From: Bdellovibrionales bacterium
GTDB taxonomy: Bacteria; Bdellovibrionota; Bdellovibrionia; Bdellovibrionales; Bdellovibrionaceae
DNA: 64,000 nt
Direction of reading: 5' to 3'
Assembly (NCBI GenBank): GCA_031370005.1
Contig: JANMPT010000028.1
Coordinates: forward strand, 1-64,000
Positions 28,199-37,550 of the stretch are shown here, in pieces. Under the pieces are notes generated by a model, which was not told where the DNA came from, did not search any database, and saw nothing but the letters and a program-made list of their open reading frames with translations. Both the position numbers and the translations under genes were made by a program. How positions within the stretch are numbered: the first letter of the stretch is position 1; every line of letters starts with the position of its first letter.

Positions 28199-29188
28199 AT
28201 GCAAAACACACCGCGCGAACACAATCTTATTCAAAAACTAAAAAAACTCGTGAATCGACACCATCCAGGCACTTTGGTCGCCCTTGGAGACGATGCTTTT
28301 GTATTTAAGAGCTTTGCTGAAGATACCGCCATCGCCCAAGACATGATGATTGAAAATATCCACTTCAAAAGAAGCTACTTTAGCGCCTCAGACCTTGGAC
28401 ACAAGGCCCTGGCTGTCAATCTCAGCGATCTTGCTGCCATGGGCGCAAGACCTCATTTTGCCCAAGTATCCCTGGCCATACCGCTGGACGTGACAGAAGA
28501 ATGGATCTTGAACTTTTACTCCGGAATGCTGAATCTCGCCGATCGTTACAAAATGGAAATCGTCGGCGGCGACCTAAGCCTAAGCCCCGGCCCCCTTATA
28601 ATCGATGTAAGCGTTGTCGGCGAAGTCACAGAAGCCTTCCGTCGCTCAGGCGCTCAGGATGGCGATTGGCTTGCGGTCACGGGACCTTTGGGTCTTTCCC
28701 ATACAGGCCGTCTTGCTTTGGAAAAAGAACTGTATGTTTTTGCCGAAGCCACTCAAAAACATCTGCGCCCAAAGCCTCGTATGGAGGTCGCCGCGCTGCT
28801 TAGACAACATCAGCTCACCCCCCAAAGCATTCACGCCCTCATGGATTGCAGTGATGGACTTATCAACGATCTTTTGCATCTTACCCGAAACTGTGAACTT
28901 GGAGTGGAGCTCAAAGAGGAAGACATTCCCATGAGCAGCGACACAAAGACTTTGGCAATAAATCTAAATCAAAAACCACTGGATTGGGCCCTTTGGGGAG
29001 GCGAGGACTATGAGCTTCTCTTGGCTTTTCCGACAAATAAAAAAAACGAAATCAAGTATATTTTTGAATCGGCGGATTTGGATCTGTTCTTGATTGGCAA
29101 ATTCAACAACAGTGGAAAAATCACCCTCCGAAAGCCACAAGGTGAGATTGAGGAAATCAGAGACTACAAAGGGTGGAGCCATTTCTAA
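28199..29188 (+). CDS. thiL: Thiamine-monophosphate kinase
   Basis: GDDA, AVNLSDLAAMGA, GGDL, MDCSDGL, GGEDYEL. Confidence 0.93.
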   Translation: MQNTPREHNLIQKLKKLVNRHHPGTLVALGDDAFVFKSFAEDTAIAQDMMIENIHFKRSYFSASDLGHKALAVNLSDLAAMGARPHFAQVSLAIPLDVTEEWILNFYSGMLNLADRYKMEIVGGDLSLSPGPLIIDVSVVGEVTEAFRRSGAQDGDWLAVTGPLGLSHTGRLALEKELYVFAEATQKHLRPKPRMEVAALLRQHQLTPQSIHALMDCSDGLINDLLHLTRNCELGVELKEEDIPMSSDTKTLAINLNQKPLDWALWGGEDYELLLAFPTNKKNEIKYIFESADLDLFLIGKFNNSGKITLRKPQGEIEEIRDYKGWSHF

Positions 29189-29256
29189 CATCCTTGAAAA
29201 GGAAGCTCAAATGAGGTACGCCATGGTCTACGGTTTTTCAAAAAGGAACTTTTTAT

Positions 29257-30384
29257 ATGAATTCATTTTCTGATTTCGGCCTCATGCCCTCTCTACAAAA
29301 AACACTTAAGGAAAAGCGTTTTTCCAAACCCACCGAAATTCAAATGCACGTCATTCCTTTAATGATGGCGAGACAATCAGTTGTTGGAGTTTCTGAAACT
29401 GGTAGCGGTAAGACTTTGGCGTATGCTTTGCCTTTACTGCATTTCTTGAAAACTCTTGAAACTGAGGGGTCTCCGGTTGAAGAAAAAAATACTCCCCGTG
29501 CCCTAGTGATGGTTCCCACCCGCGAGCTTGGTGAGCAAGTTTCAAAAGTATTTAAGACTCTAACCCACGACACCCGTCTGCGCATTCGCCCGGCCTTGGG
29601 TGGAATGACCCTAGAGCAAGCGCGAAGGAACACAGCGGGGCCCTTTGAGGTTTTGCTAGCAACTCCAGGCCGTTTGGTACAAATGATAGAGCGCAAGCTG
29701 ATCACATTGACGGATGTTCGCACTCTCATCTTTGATGAGGCCGATCAAATGATGGATCAGGGGTTTTTGTCAGATTCGAACTTTGTTGTCAGTGCTTGCC
29801 CAAAGGAACTGCAGATGGCCTTGTTTTCAGCAACAATTTCTACGGCAGTTCAGAAATTGATAAATGATCTATTTGCTTCAGCCGAAGTGATTCGAAGCAA
29901 GGGAAGCGGCAAGGTGGTCTCAAGTCTCACCACTAAAAATCTGATCGTGGAAGACGGCAAACGTTGGCCTCTTTTTGAAAAACTCCTTGCTCAACGAGTG
30001 GAAGGTGGAACCATTGTATTCACCAATACCCGCGAGCAATGCGATAAGCTCACAAAAGAACTCACCGATAAGGGTTTCCTCTGCGTTATTTATCGCGGTG
30101 AAATGGATAAAAATGAACGCCGCATGAATCTTAAAAAGTTTCGAGATGGAAAAGTGAATTTGCTAATTTCTACGGATCTCGCGGGGCGTGGTTTAGATCT
30201 TGAAAACGTGACAAGGATCATCAATTACCATTTGCCAAAGGAAATGGAAAATTACCTTCACCGTGCAGGTCGCACAGCTCGGGCCGGACGCCGTGGTCTT
30301 GTGGTTAATCTAGTCACCGAGCGTGATCAGCGTTTAATTTCTCAACTTGAGGGAAACAAGCCACGGGTGGCTTCCAAGATTTGA
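29257..30384 (+). CDS. DEAD-box RNA helicase
   Basis: Q motif, TGSGKT, PTREL, TPGR, DEAD, SAT, GRGLD, HRAGRTARAG. Confidence 0.93.
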   Translation: MNSFSDFGLMPSLQKTLKEKRFSKPTEIQMHVIPLMMARQSVVGVSETGSGKTLAYALPLLHFLKTLETEGSPVEEKNTPRALVMVPTRELGEQVSKVFKTLTHDTRLRIRPALGGMTLEQARRNTAGPFEVLLATPGRLVQMIERKLITLTDVRTLIFDEADQMMDQGFLSDSNFVVSACPKELQMALFSATISTAVQKLINDLFASAEVIRSKGSGKVVSSLTTKNLIVEDGKRWPLFEKLLAQRVEGGTIVFTNTREQCDKLTKELTDKGFLCVIYRGEMDKNERRMNLKKFRDGKVNLLISTDLAGRGLDLENVTRIINYHLPKEMENYLHRAGRTARAGRRGLVVNLVTERDQRLISQLEGNKPRVASKI

Positions 30385-30563
30385 TCTGTCAGCGTTCACT
30401 CAAGACGCGCAAGCCATTCTAACAATCTTTGCAATCGTCTTCAGGCTTGGATTGCCTTTGTCTTGCAGCATAGGAAAGATAGCGCTAAGGTTAGTCTATT
30501 CTCATTTTGGCACGGTCCACTTCGTGCACTTTTCAAATAATGATCTAATTTGAGATGAGTTCT

Positions 30564-30590
30564 TTAGTCTAGCCTAAAATCTGCCGATCA
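30564..30590 (+). promoter_or_regulatory. Possible sigma28 (FliA)-type promoter upstream of the fibre gene
   Basis: GCCGATCA (-10 like) at 30583-30590 lies 15 nt after TTAG. The -35 match to TAAA is weak. Confidence 0.3.
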
Positions 30591-30650
30591 TATTTAGATA
30601 CACGTAACTACACGAAAGTGTCTGTGATATTAAATAATGGAGTCTGCTGA

Positions 30651-33600
30651 ATGTTGCTGAGAGATTCTATGGCTGTTGTAATTCTTGTGAGCGGTGCATG
30701 GCTAACTCCTATGGCTTATGCGGCTCCGTTGACTTTTAATGTCGATGGCGTGATCACTGATAATAGCAACCAACCACTTGAAGCTCCCCTTGTCTCTTTC
30801 ACAATTGAAATTAAAAACCCAGCGGCAAGCTGCACTCTTTATCGAGAGGTCATTAGCCAGGTTATGACAGGTTCAAATGGTTATTTTTCAATTGTACTTG
30901 GCACAGGCGCCAATGCCATCGCTGGCGGTGTGAACTTGGAAAAAGTTTTTTCCAATCACGGAACTGCGATCCCCGGCGAATTCGCTTGTAGCTATACTCC
31001 AACGACTACTGACACTCGTAAAATTGCGATCTCCTTTGATGATGGCTATGGACCTCAGGCATTCAATATACAAGATATCCAATCCGTGCCCTTTGCCTTG
31101 CAGGCTCAAGCCATCAATGGCTATGGCGCAGGCTTGCTTTTGAAAGTAGCTCCATGGGTGAGCCAAACTCTAAATAATAACAGCGAACTAACCCAAGCCC
31201 AGTATGACGAGTTCTGGCGCTTAGTAAAAAACCCTAGCACTCTATTAGGCCAAGCTCTTCCAGGAACAGCTCCGACAAGTGGTCAGGCTTTGGTTTCAAA
31301 CGGAACATCTTGGGTTTTGCAATCCCTAGGCGCTGGCTCTGTAACCAGTGTGTCGGCAACAGCACCTCTTACGGTGACTGGCACAGCAGCAGCTCCTATT
31401 ATTAATATTCCAGCGGCAAACACCACCACGAATGGCTACTTAACTTCTGCAGATTGGAATACATTTAATTCTAAAATTGGAATTTCATTAGCTTCTGGCA
31501 GTATTTGGGTTGGCAATGGTTCAAACCTCGCCACCGCCGTGGGGATGTCAGGTGACGCAACTATGGCCAACACTGGTGCTGTGACTTTGAAAAACACGGG
31601 CACAGCGGGAACTTACTTCAAGATAACTACGGATGCTCAGGGTCGAGTGACCTCCGGCTCTAATTTGGCTTCTGGTGATATCACAACAGCTCTTGGTTAT
31701 ACTCCAGTGAATAAAGCTGGGGACACTATGGGTGGGGCCCTTAGCATGGGTGGCTTTGATATTGGCAATACCGGTAATATTTCAATGACAGCCAATAAAT
31801 ACTTTGGCCTTTCCGCGAATACGACCCCAGGCACTATTGCGGGTCAAGTATGGTATGATTCAGGACTTATTAAGTACTATGACGGCAGTGTTGTGAAGAC
31901 CCTGGGAGTCGCAGGGGCAGGCATTACCTCACTCAATGGCTTAACCTCTGGTACCCAAACATTTGCAATCGGCACAAGTGGCTTAGCGCCGGCCTTTACT
32001 TCCGCAACCAGCACACACACTTTGAATATCCCAATGGCCTCTACAGCGTCGGTCACTGCTGGTCTTATTAGTAAGGCTGACTATGATAGCTTCAATACTA
32101 AATTGGGCACTACTTTAACGGGTGGCAAAGTTTGGGTGGGCAATGCTTCTAATGTGGCAACAGAGCAAACTCTTTCTGGTGATATAACAGCGGTCAGTAA
32201 TACTGGCGCTGTGACGGTGGATAAAACTCAAGCCGCAGCGGCTAGTAAGATTTTGCAGCTAACAGCGGGCTCAGTGGCCGTAACAAAAGGTGAGGATATT
32301 GGTGGTGCGGGCACAGGTGTGGCTTCTATCCGTTATCCAAACACGACAGTAAGTACCATTTTGACTCTTCCAAACACTGCGGGTTCTGCAAGTCAGTTTT
32401 TGCAAACCGATGGAGCGGGGAACTTAAGCTGGGCAGCTCCAGCAGCTTCGTTGCCAGGACTTAATAATAGTCTCATGTGGCTTGGCAACGCTTCAAACGT
32501 GGCAACAGCCGTGAGTATGTCAGGAGACGCCACGATCAGCAATGCGGGCGTCTTAACTGCCAACAAAACCACCACAGGGCAATCAAATAAATTACTATCG
32601 CTGGATGGAACTGGTACTGCCACTTCCTATGCAAATCAACTGATGGGTTCAGTCACTGGTTCGCTAGCTCTGCTACCAGCAGCCAGCACAACAAATTATT
32701 CACTGACCTTCCCTGCCGTACAGGGTTCAGCCGGACAAACTTTGTCTAACAATGGTGCTGGTGTGCTTTCTTGGGCCTCAGCCATGACGACGGCCCTTAA
32801 TTCTGGGAATATTTTAGTTGGTAATGCTTCTAACATTGCTACCTCGGTCGCGATGTCAGGTGACGCAACTATGGCCAGTACAGGAGCTGTGACTTTAAAA
32901 AACACGGGCACGGCTGGAACCTATTCCAAGGTCACAACGGATGCTCAGGGCCGGGTGACTTCGGGTGCCAATCCGAGCACACTTAGTGGTTATGGAATCA
33001 CTGATGCTGTTGTAAATGCAGGAGGGGTTCCTTCATTATCCAGTGGAACTCTCGCCGCTCGCCCGGCCTTCGGCACTGCTGGTAGAGTTTATTTTGCAAC
33101 GGATACGAAACAAGAATTTATAGACACGGGGGTCGCTTGGGATCAACTCAATACCAATGCCTCAGATCTTGTCTCAGGATTTTTAGCAGCAGCAAGATTG
33201 CCGGCACTAACAGGTGATGTGACTTCTACTGCGGGATCAAATTCAATCAGTCTAAATACAGTCCCTCTAACCAAGGGTGGAACGGGCTTGACCGCACTAG
33301 GCACAGCGAACCAAGTTCTTGGAATGAATAATGCTGCCACCGGTATGGAGTATAAAACGATCACCGCCGGCACTGGCGTGACTATCACCCACGGTGCCAA
33401 CAGTGTAACTATTGCGGCCACTGGCAGCGGTGGAACTGTAACAAATGTCACGAGTGCAAATACAGATATTGCAGTTGCGAGCTCTAGCACGACTCCTGTA
33501 TTAACACTCAACTCTGGCACTGCTGGTGGAGTCGGCGACGCGGCTAAAATTGCAAAACTCGACGCCTCTGGAATGCTTGTCCCTGCGATGATTCCGAGCA

Positions 33601-34994
33601 TTGATACAAGCAAACTAACTTCTGGAGTTTTACCAATCAGCCGCGGTGGTACAAACTCATCAACAACTTTGATTGGCAATCGCATTATGGCCTCCACGGC
33701 ATCTACAATTGTGGAAGCCGCAGCAATCACTGCAAACAAGGCCCTTATCTCTGACGTAAATGGAATCCCGACTCACTCCGTAGTGACAAGTACAGAGCTA
33801 AGTTACCTGTCGGGAGTGACCTCGGCGGTTCAGACCCAAATCAACAGCAAGGCTTCCTCTGCAGGATGGACAAACTATAGTGCTATGGGCGTTAATGGAA
33901 GCGGAAATTTAATCGCGGTGCCGGGGGCCTCCTCGGGCTCAATTTTTAGCTGGTCAGTGACGGGACCAATTTGGACCACGGCTAGTTTTCCAACAAGCAC
34001 AAGTGCAAACGAACTTTTGTACTCTTCAGCGAATAATGTTGTGGGCGGCCTAGCAACAGCAAACAGCGCCGTGCTCACAACAAGTGGCTTGGGAGTCCCC
34101 AGTTGGTCTCCACTGACCACTGATAATTTTTCGCAATACGCACTCCTTGCCGGCCGCGCTGGCGGGCAAACTTTGAATGGTGGAACTGCGGCAAGTGAGA
34201 ATCTCACTTTGGATTCCACCTCCAATGCCACAAAGGGAAATATTATTCTTGCAGCCGGTGGAGGCAAGGTTGGGATTGGAACAACATCTCCAGGTTACTT
34301 ATTGGAAGTTGGCCTTAGCACTGGCACTGCAATCGCAGCTAAGTTCATAAATAATGGCGGTGGGCTTAGTCCGACGGCAATTTTCACTAACTCCAACGCC
34401 GCTGGATTCGCTGCGAAATTCGCTAATACCGGCGGCGGGATTTCCGCAGCCTTTCAAGGCGAAATTCAACCGGCGGTGGACAATACGGATTCTCTTGGTG
34501 ACGCCACCCATCGCTTCACAGCAGTTTACGCTACTAACGGAACAATTCAGACTTCAGATGAACGTCAAAAAAAAGATATTGAAGATTCTGATCTCGGATT
34601 AGATTTTATAACTAAACTTCGCCCAGTTTCCTATTATTGGAAAACAGGTGCAGATACTGGCCTACACTACGGTTTGATTGCACAAGAAACTGAAAAAATT
34701 CTTTCAGAGGTTAAAAAACAAGCACCAAATCCAAATGAAGCCATTGTTGTTCACGATGAAAAAACTGATCAATATGGCATTAAGTATTCAGAGCTTATTT
34801 CGCCTTTAATAAAGGCTGTCCAAGAATTTTACAAAGCCTTTGCCGCTACTCAAATAGAAACTCAAAAGCTCCAAGCTGAGAATTCTCAGTTAAAAACACG
34901 TCTTGATAAGTCCGAAAAAGAAACTGCGGCAATCAAAACCTATCTTTGCAAAAAAGACCCAGGTGCTATTTTCTGCTCACCTGGACAACTGTGA
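30651..34994 (+). CDS. Trimeric fibre adhesin with C-terminal peptidase S74 chaperone (Bdellovibrio MAT-like tail-fibre-domain protein)
   Basis: Signal peptide, N-terminal CxLYRE..SNGYFSIVLG and VPFAL motifs, Gly/Thr/Ser-rich fibre repeats, GKVGIGTTSP, then TSDERQKKDI...LRPVSYYWK...GLIAQE (S74) and a coiled coil. Confidence 0.85.
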   Translation: MLLRDSMAVVILVSGAWLTPMAYAAPLTFNVDGVITDNSNQPLEAPLVSFTIEIKNPAASCTLYREVISQVMTGSNGYFSIVLGTGANAIAGGVNLEKVFSNHGTAIPGEFACSYTPTTTDTRKIAISFDDGYGPQAFNIQDIQSVPFALQAQAINGYGAGLLLKVAPWVSQTLNNNSELTQAQYDEFWRLVKNPSTLLGQALPGTAPTSGQALVSNGTSWVLQSLGAGSVTSVSATAPLTVTGTAAAPIINIPAANTTTNGYLTSADWNTFNSKIGISLASGSIWVGNGSNLATAVGMSGDATMANTGAVTLKNTGTAGTYFKITTDAQGRVTSGSNLASGDITTALGYTPVNKAGDTMGGALSMGGFDIGNTGNISMTANKYFGLSANTTPGTIAGQVWYDSGLIKYYDGSVVKTLGVAGAGITSLNGLTSGTQTFAIGTSGLAPAFTSATSTHTLNIPMASTASVTAGLISKADYDSFNTKLGTTLTGGKVWVGNASNVATEQTLSGDITAVSNTGAVTVDKTQAAAASKILQLTAGSVAVTKGEDIGGAGTGVASIRYPNTTVSTILTLPNTAGSASQFLQTDGAGNLSWAAPAASLPGLNNSLMWLGNASNVATAVSMSGDATISNAGVLTANKTTTGQSNKLLSLDGTGTATSYANQLMGSVTGSLALLPAASTTNYSLTFPAVQGSAGQTLSNNGAGVLSWASAMTTALNSGNILVGNASNIATSVAMSGDATMASTGAVTLKNTGTAGTYSKVTTDAQGRVTSGANPSTLSGYGITDAVVNAGGVPSLSSGTLAARPAFGTAGRVYFATDTKQEFIDTGVAWDQLNTNASDLVSGFLAAARLPALTGDVTSTAGSNSISLNTVPLTKGGTGLTALGTANQVLGMNNAATGMEYKTITAGTGVTITHGANSVTIAATGSGGTVTNVTSANTDIAVASSSTTPVLTLNSGTAGGVGDAAKIAKLDASGMLVPAMIPSIDTSKLTSGVLPISRGGTNSSTTLIGNRIMASTASTIVEAAAITANKALISDVNGIPTHSVVTSTELSYLSGVTSAVQTQINSKASSAGWTNYSAMGVNGSGNLIAVPGASSGSIFSWSVTGPIWTTASFPTSTSANELLYSSANNVVGGLATANSAVLTTSGLGVPSWSPLTTDNFSQYALLAGRAGGQTLNGGTAASENLTLDSTSNATKGNIILAAGGGKVGIGTTSPGYLLEVGLSTGTAIAAKFINNGGGLSPTAIFTNSNAAGFAAKFANTGGGISAAFQGEIQPAVDNTDSLGDATHRFTAVYATNGTIQTSDERQKKDIEDSDLGLDFITKLRPVSYYWKTGADTGLHYGLIAQETEKILSEVKKQAPNPNEAIVVHDEKTDQYGIKYSELISPLIKAVQEFYKAFAATQIETQKLQAENSQLKTRLDKSEKETAAIKTYLCKKDPGAIFCSPGQL
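31544..31651 (+). repeat. Intragenic ~108-bp repeat, copy 1 (copy 2 at 32852-32959)
   Basis: Both copies begin GATGTCAGGTGACGCAACTATGGCCA and encode MSGDATMAxTGAVTLKNTGTAGTYxKxTTDAQGRVT. Confidence 0.85.
32852..32959 (+). repeat. Intragenic ~108-bp repeat, copy 2
   Basis: Colinear with 31544-31651 at an offset of 1308 bp. Confidence 0.85.
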
Positions 34995-35092
34995 CAGTTT
35001 GAGACACGTCTCGAATAGATTCAACAAACGCAAAAAAATTCACTTTCTCAACTTTGGTCTATATCCTTAATATATAAGGGAGAAATCACATC

Positions 35093-35974
35093 ATGATAAA
35101 TTATTTTCAATCTGTTAGTACTTCTTTTGTTAAGCTCGCAATCACATTATTTATTGGACTGGCCACTTCCCAAAGTGCCTATGCCGCGACCACACTCAGT
35201 TTCGATGAGTATGCAGACGGGACCGTTTTGACGACTCAATATCAAGGGGTTGGGGTAACAATCTCTGGGGCGACAATCATACCTTCAGCTTATACGGCGT
35301 GGGCAGCGAACACAGGGCCAAACTTTGCATATGCACCAACAGGTCTTATGACTTTTAGCTTGAACTCCGCGATCACAGGCAATATTCAGAGTGTCTCTGC
35401 CTATATCTCAGGAGATACCAGTGTCGGCATCTATGCCTATGATTCAACTGGCGCTCTCGTTGGGCAAGCCCTGACCCCCGGCGCTTCCAACAACTTGTTC
35501 CTATCACTCACCTCCTCTGGAAATCCCATTGCCAGTATCGCTATCCATGATGGTGGTTCAAGTTTTGCGATAGACACCTTAAGCTTTATCCCGGCGGCTC
35601 CATTGCCACCACCTCCGCCAACTGCGCTGGATATCGCAAACCAATACTCTGGTGCAATTTCCGCGCTTTCAGCCAATGACTTCAGGAGCACCTTATACAT
35701 TGCCCAAAAGAAGGCTCTGATGCTTCGAGGTATTAATGATTTTAAAAAGCTATTAGCAAAGCACGCCGGGGAAGCTCGATTGATCCATCAAATCAGAATC
35801 CTACAGATAGAAGTAAAGGCGTTCATTACTGCAACAACACCAGCCAAGGCCGAGCTGCTTGATCTGCTCCACCAGTTAAAGGCAGCAGTCGATGATGATC
35901 ATGATGACGACAAGATCTCAAAAAAACGTTGCCAGGGCAGGCACCGCACGCCATCAATTGCCGTCTCTACTTGA
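35093..35974 (+). CDS. Secreted hypothetical protein (beta-rich N-domain, Pro linker, helical C-domain)
   Basis: GGGAG RBS, signal peptide ending AYA, TLSFDE...TTQY..GVTIS...FAIDTLSF beta domain, PAAPLPPPPP linker. Confidence 0.65.
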   Translation: MINYFQSVSTSFVKLAITLFIGLATSQSAYAATTLSFDEYADGTVLTTQYQGVGVTISGATIIPSAYTAWAANTGPNFAYAPTGLMTFSLNSAITGNIQSVSAYISGDTSVGIYAYDSTGALVGQALTPGASNNLFLSLTSSGNPIASIAIHDGGSSFAIDTLSFIPAAPLPPPPPTALDIANQYSGAISALSANDFRSTLYIAQKKALMLRGINDFKKLLAKHAGEARLIHQIRILQIEVKAFITATTPAKAELLDLLHQLKAAVDDDHDDDKISKKRCQGRHRTPSIAVST

Positions 35975-35980
35975 TCTTGT

Positions 35981-36005
35981 GAAAGATAAAAGATCTTGCT
36001 TGGCT
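35981..36005 (+). repeat. 25-bp direct repeat, copy 1, flanking the HUH transposase
   Basis: GAAAGATAAAAGATCTTGCTTGGCT; one mismatch to 36876-36900. Confidence 0.85.
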
Positions 36006-36037
36006 TTAAACCCTCGGCAAGCCTTGCGACTTTTCTG

Positions 36038-36060
36038 ACCTCCATAGGATCTATGGAGGT
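36038..36060. other. Perfect 10-bp-stem hairpin (terminator or transposon/REP-like end)
   Basis: ACCTCCATAG-GAT-CTATGGAGGT, between convergent genes. Confidence 0.75.
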
Positions 36061-36101
36061 TGTTGATTTTATTTCAATAGCAATCGTCGTTCTACGAGCC
36101 C

Positions 36102-36644
36102 TCAGGAATAATCCTGAACCCGCAGTCGATAAGCCCAGCGATTGAATCTATCCAAGTATTCTTGCCGAGCAAAGTAGCCTTTCTCCGCCTGCTCGCGATT
36201 GGCCTGAAAATAGCCTTTAAGCTGCATCTCTTCAAAAGAGCTTTTTAATAACCTGGTAAAGGCTAAGCCCTGCCAAAAGGGAGTGGAGAGCTTGCTCCCG
36301 CGATACGCTTTAGTGATTTTACGGGCAATAAGACAAGTCACAGCTCGTAAGAAATTCTGAAAGCCTTTGCGGTACTTAAACCTGCACTTGATATGAAGGT
36401 GGTTTCCAACATTGACCAGCTCTGCAATGAGGACCCCAAACTTCGCAGCCTTTTTTCTTAAGATTTGATCCACGTAAATTGAATTTGCAGGAGTCAAAAA
36501 ACTCCAAGCCCCTTTTGCGTGCTCTGATTTGAGTACTAGGTGGATCCACTTTCCTGCGGATAGCGGTCGCTGTTCTTTACGATGTCCACGGGATGTGGCC
36601 CCGCCATGGCAGGTCCTGCCGTATTTGGCGTTGGTTTCTTTCAT
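36102..36644 (-). mobile_element. HUH/Y1 tyrosine transposase (IS200/RAYT-like)
   Basis: IHLVLKS first strand, NVGNHLH (HUH), FWQG..FTR and a downstream YFQAN candidate catalytic Tyr. Confidence 0.75.
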
Positions 36645-36875
36645 CTTGTGGTAGTCAAAAAAGCTAGCTTGTTTGCTAATAAATTTGGGGCAGTATAGTT
36701 TAGGAGCTAAAACATGGCAACTAGTTTCTGTTATAAATAGTGAGTTTTGCTGAGTGTTAACACGGACTTCGGAGGCTGAGCTGGCCTCTTGGCCGCAAAG
36801 GCTTCAATACCTTGATCGAAGGCCCTAATGCTCCGAATCGCCATCTATTAAACGGAGAACCCCCCGAGGTCTCGG

Positions 36876-36900
36876 GAAAGATAAAAGATCTTGCCTGGCT
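36876..36900 (+). repeat. 25-bp direct repeat, copy 2, flanking the HUH transposase
   Basis: GAAAGATAAAAGATCTTGCCTGGCT. Confidence 0.85.
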
Positions 36901-36920
36901 CTGGTCCTCCGATCAGAGCT

Positions 36921-37143
36921 TCACGAGATACTGCGGTAATTTCTGATTTGAACTTCGTTCTGTTCAAATTCCCTTTCACCGGAGTAGATTATTGAGGCCT
37001 CTGTTGAAATCTTATTTTCTCTAAAAATCTCGCTAAACTTTTTCAGCCCAATGAAAAAATCACTATTGACTGTCATTGCAGACTTTATCTCAAAAAGTGA
37101 AACTCGCGACCCCTGCTTGTAAAGCAAATCCACGTATAACCAT
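36921..37143 (-). pseudogene. Remnant of an AAA+ ATPase/DUF4143 gene (C-terminus only)
   Basis: VDLLYKQG..VSLFEIKSAMTVNSDFF.GL...IIYSG is the (E)VD...EIK tail of DUF4143 proteins. No P-loop is present. Confidence 0.65.
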
Positions 37144-37171
37144 ATACTTATGCTAATCTGTGCAATTATTA

Positions 37172-37196
37172 ATTTCAACTTTAAAATTGCACAATA
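37172..37196. repeat. 25-bp exact direct repeat, copy 1 (ATTTCAACTTTAAAATTGCACAATA)
   Basis: Identical to 38037-38061. Also part of the inverted repeat TGTGCAATT...AATTGCACA (37159-37193). Confidence 0.9.
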
Positions 37197-37232
37197 TGGA
37201 AGTATTCGAGTCATGCAATCCGAAGCCAGAAC

Positions 37233-37550
37233 TTAAGCCCGACTCAAAACCACTGACTGAGGGTATATTTGAATCAAAAAAGGGATTCGATTTAAATCTT
37301 CTTTTTTCGCAAAAACTAAATCAATTTTTCTGTCGCCAATTTCGGGTTTAGCTTTTAGTGCGGTTAATATTTGCACTCGTTTTGCTTCAAGCTCCTCCGC
37401 GCTATCAGAAATAATTAACAAATCTATATCGCCTCCGCGAAGAGAATCATTGACCCTGCTACCAAACAGTCTGACTTCACAATTCAAAGAAGAAATAAAA
37501 TTTTCAAATGTGACAAGAATGGCTTTAATTTGCTCAGAGCTTAATCGCAT
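37233..37550 (-). CDS. Minimal nucleotidyltransferase (MNT) antitoxin-like protein
   Basis: MRLS.EQI, LFGSRVND..RGGDIDLLI, KIDLV. Confidence 0.85.
   Translation of the reverse strand: MRLSSEQIKAILVTFENFISSLNCEVRLFGSRVNDSLRGGDIDLLIISDSAEELEAKRVQILTALKAKPEIGDRKIDLVFAKKEDLNRIPFLIQIYPQSVVLSRA

Noticed and set aside
33143..34267. Long antisense ORFs (198 aa, 130 aa) inside the fibre gene, and similar shadow ORFs over rplY, ychF, ppk1 and sucA
   Set aside because: They are antisense by-products of codon bias in well-supported genes and have no recognisable motifs.
30651..34994. Prophage, suggested by the tail-fibre/S74 domain
   Set aside because: The protein has a signal peptide, and there are no capsid, terminase, integrase or other tail genes nearby.
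36645..36680. In-frame upstream extension of the transposase (KQASFFDYHK, resembling a clamp-binding motif)
   Set aside because: No canonical start codon precedes it nearby, so it cannot be supported without homologue alignment.
36714..36805. c-di-GMP-I (GEMM) riboswitch, suggested by GGCCGCAAAGGC
   Set aside because: The upstream GGCAAAC...GNRA hairpin is not present at the right spacing, and there is no downstream + strand gene.
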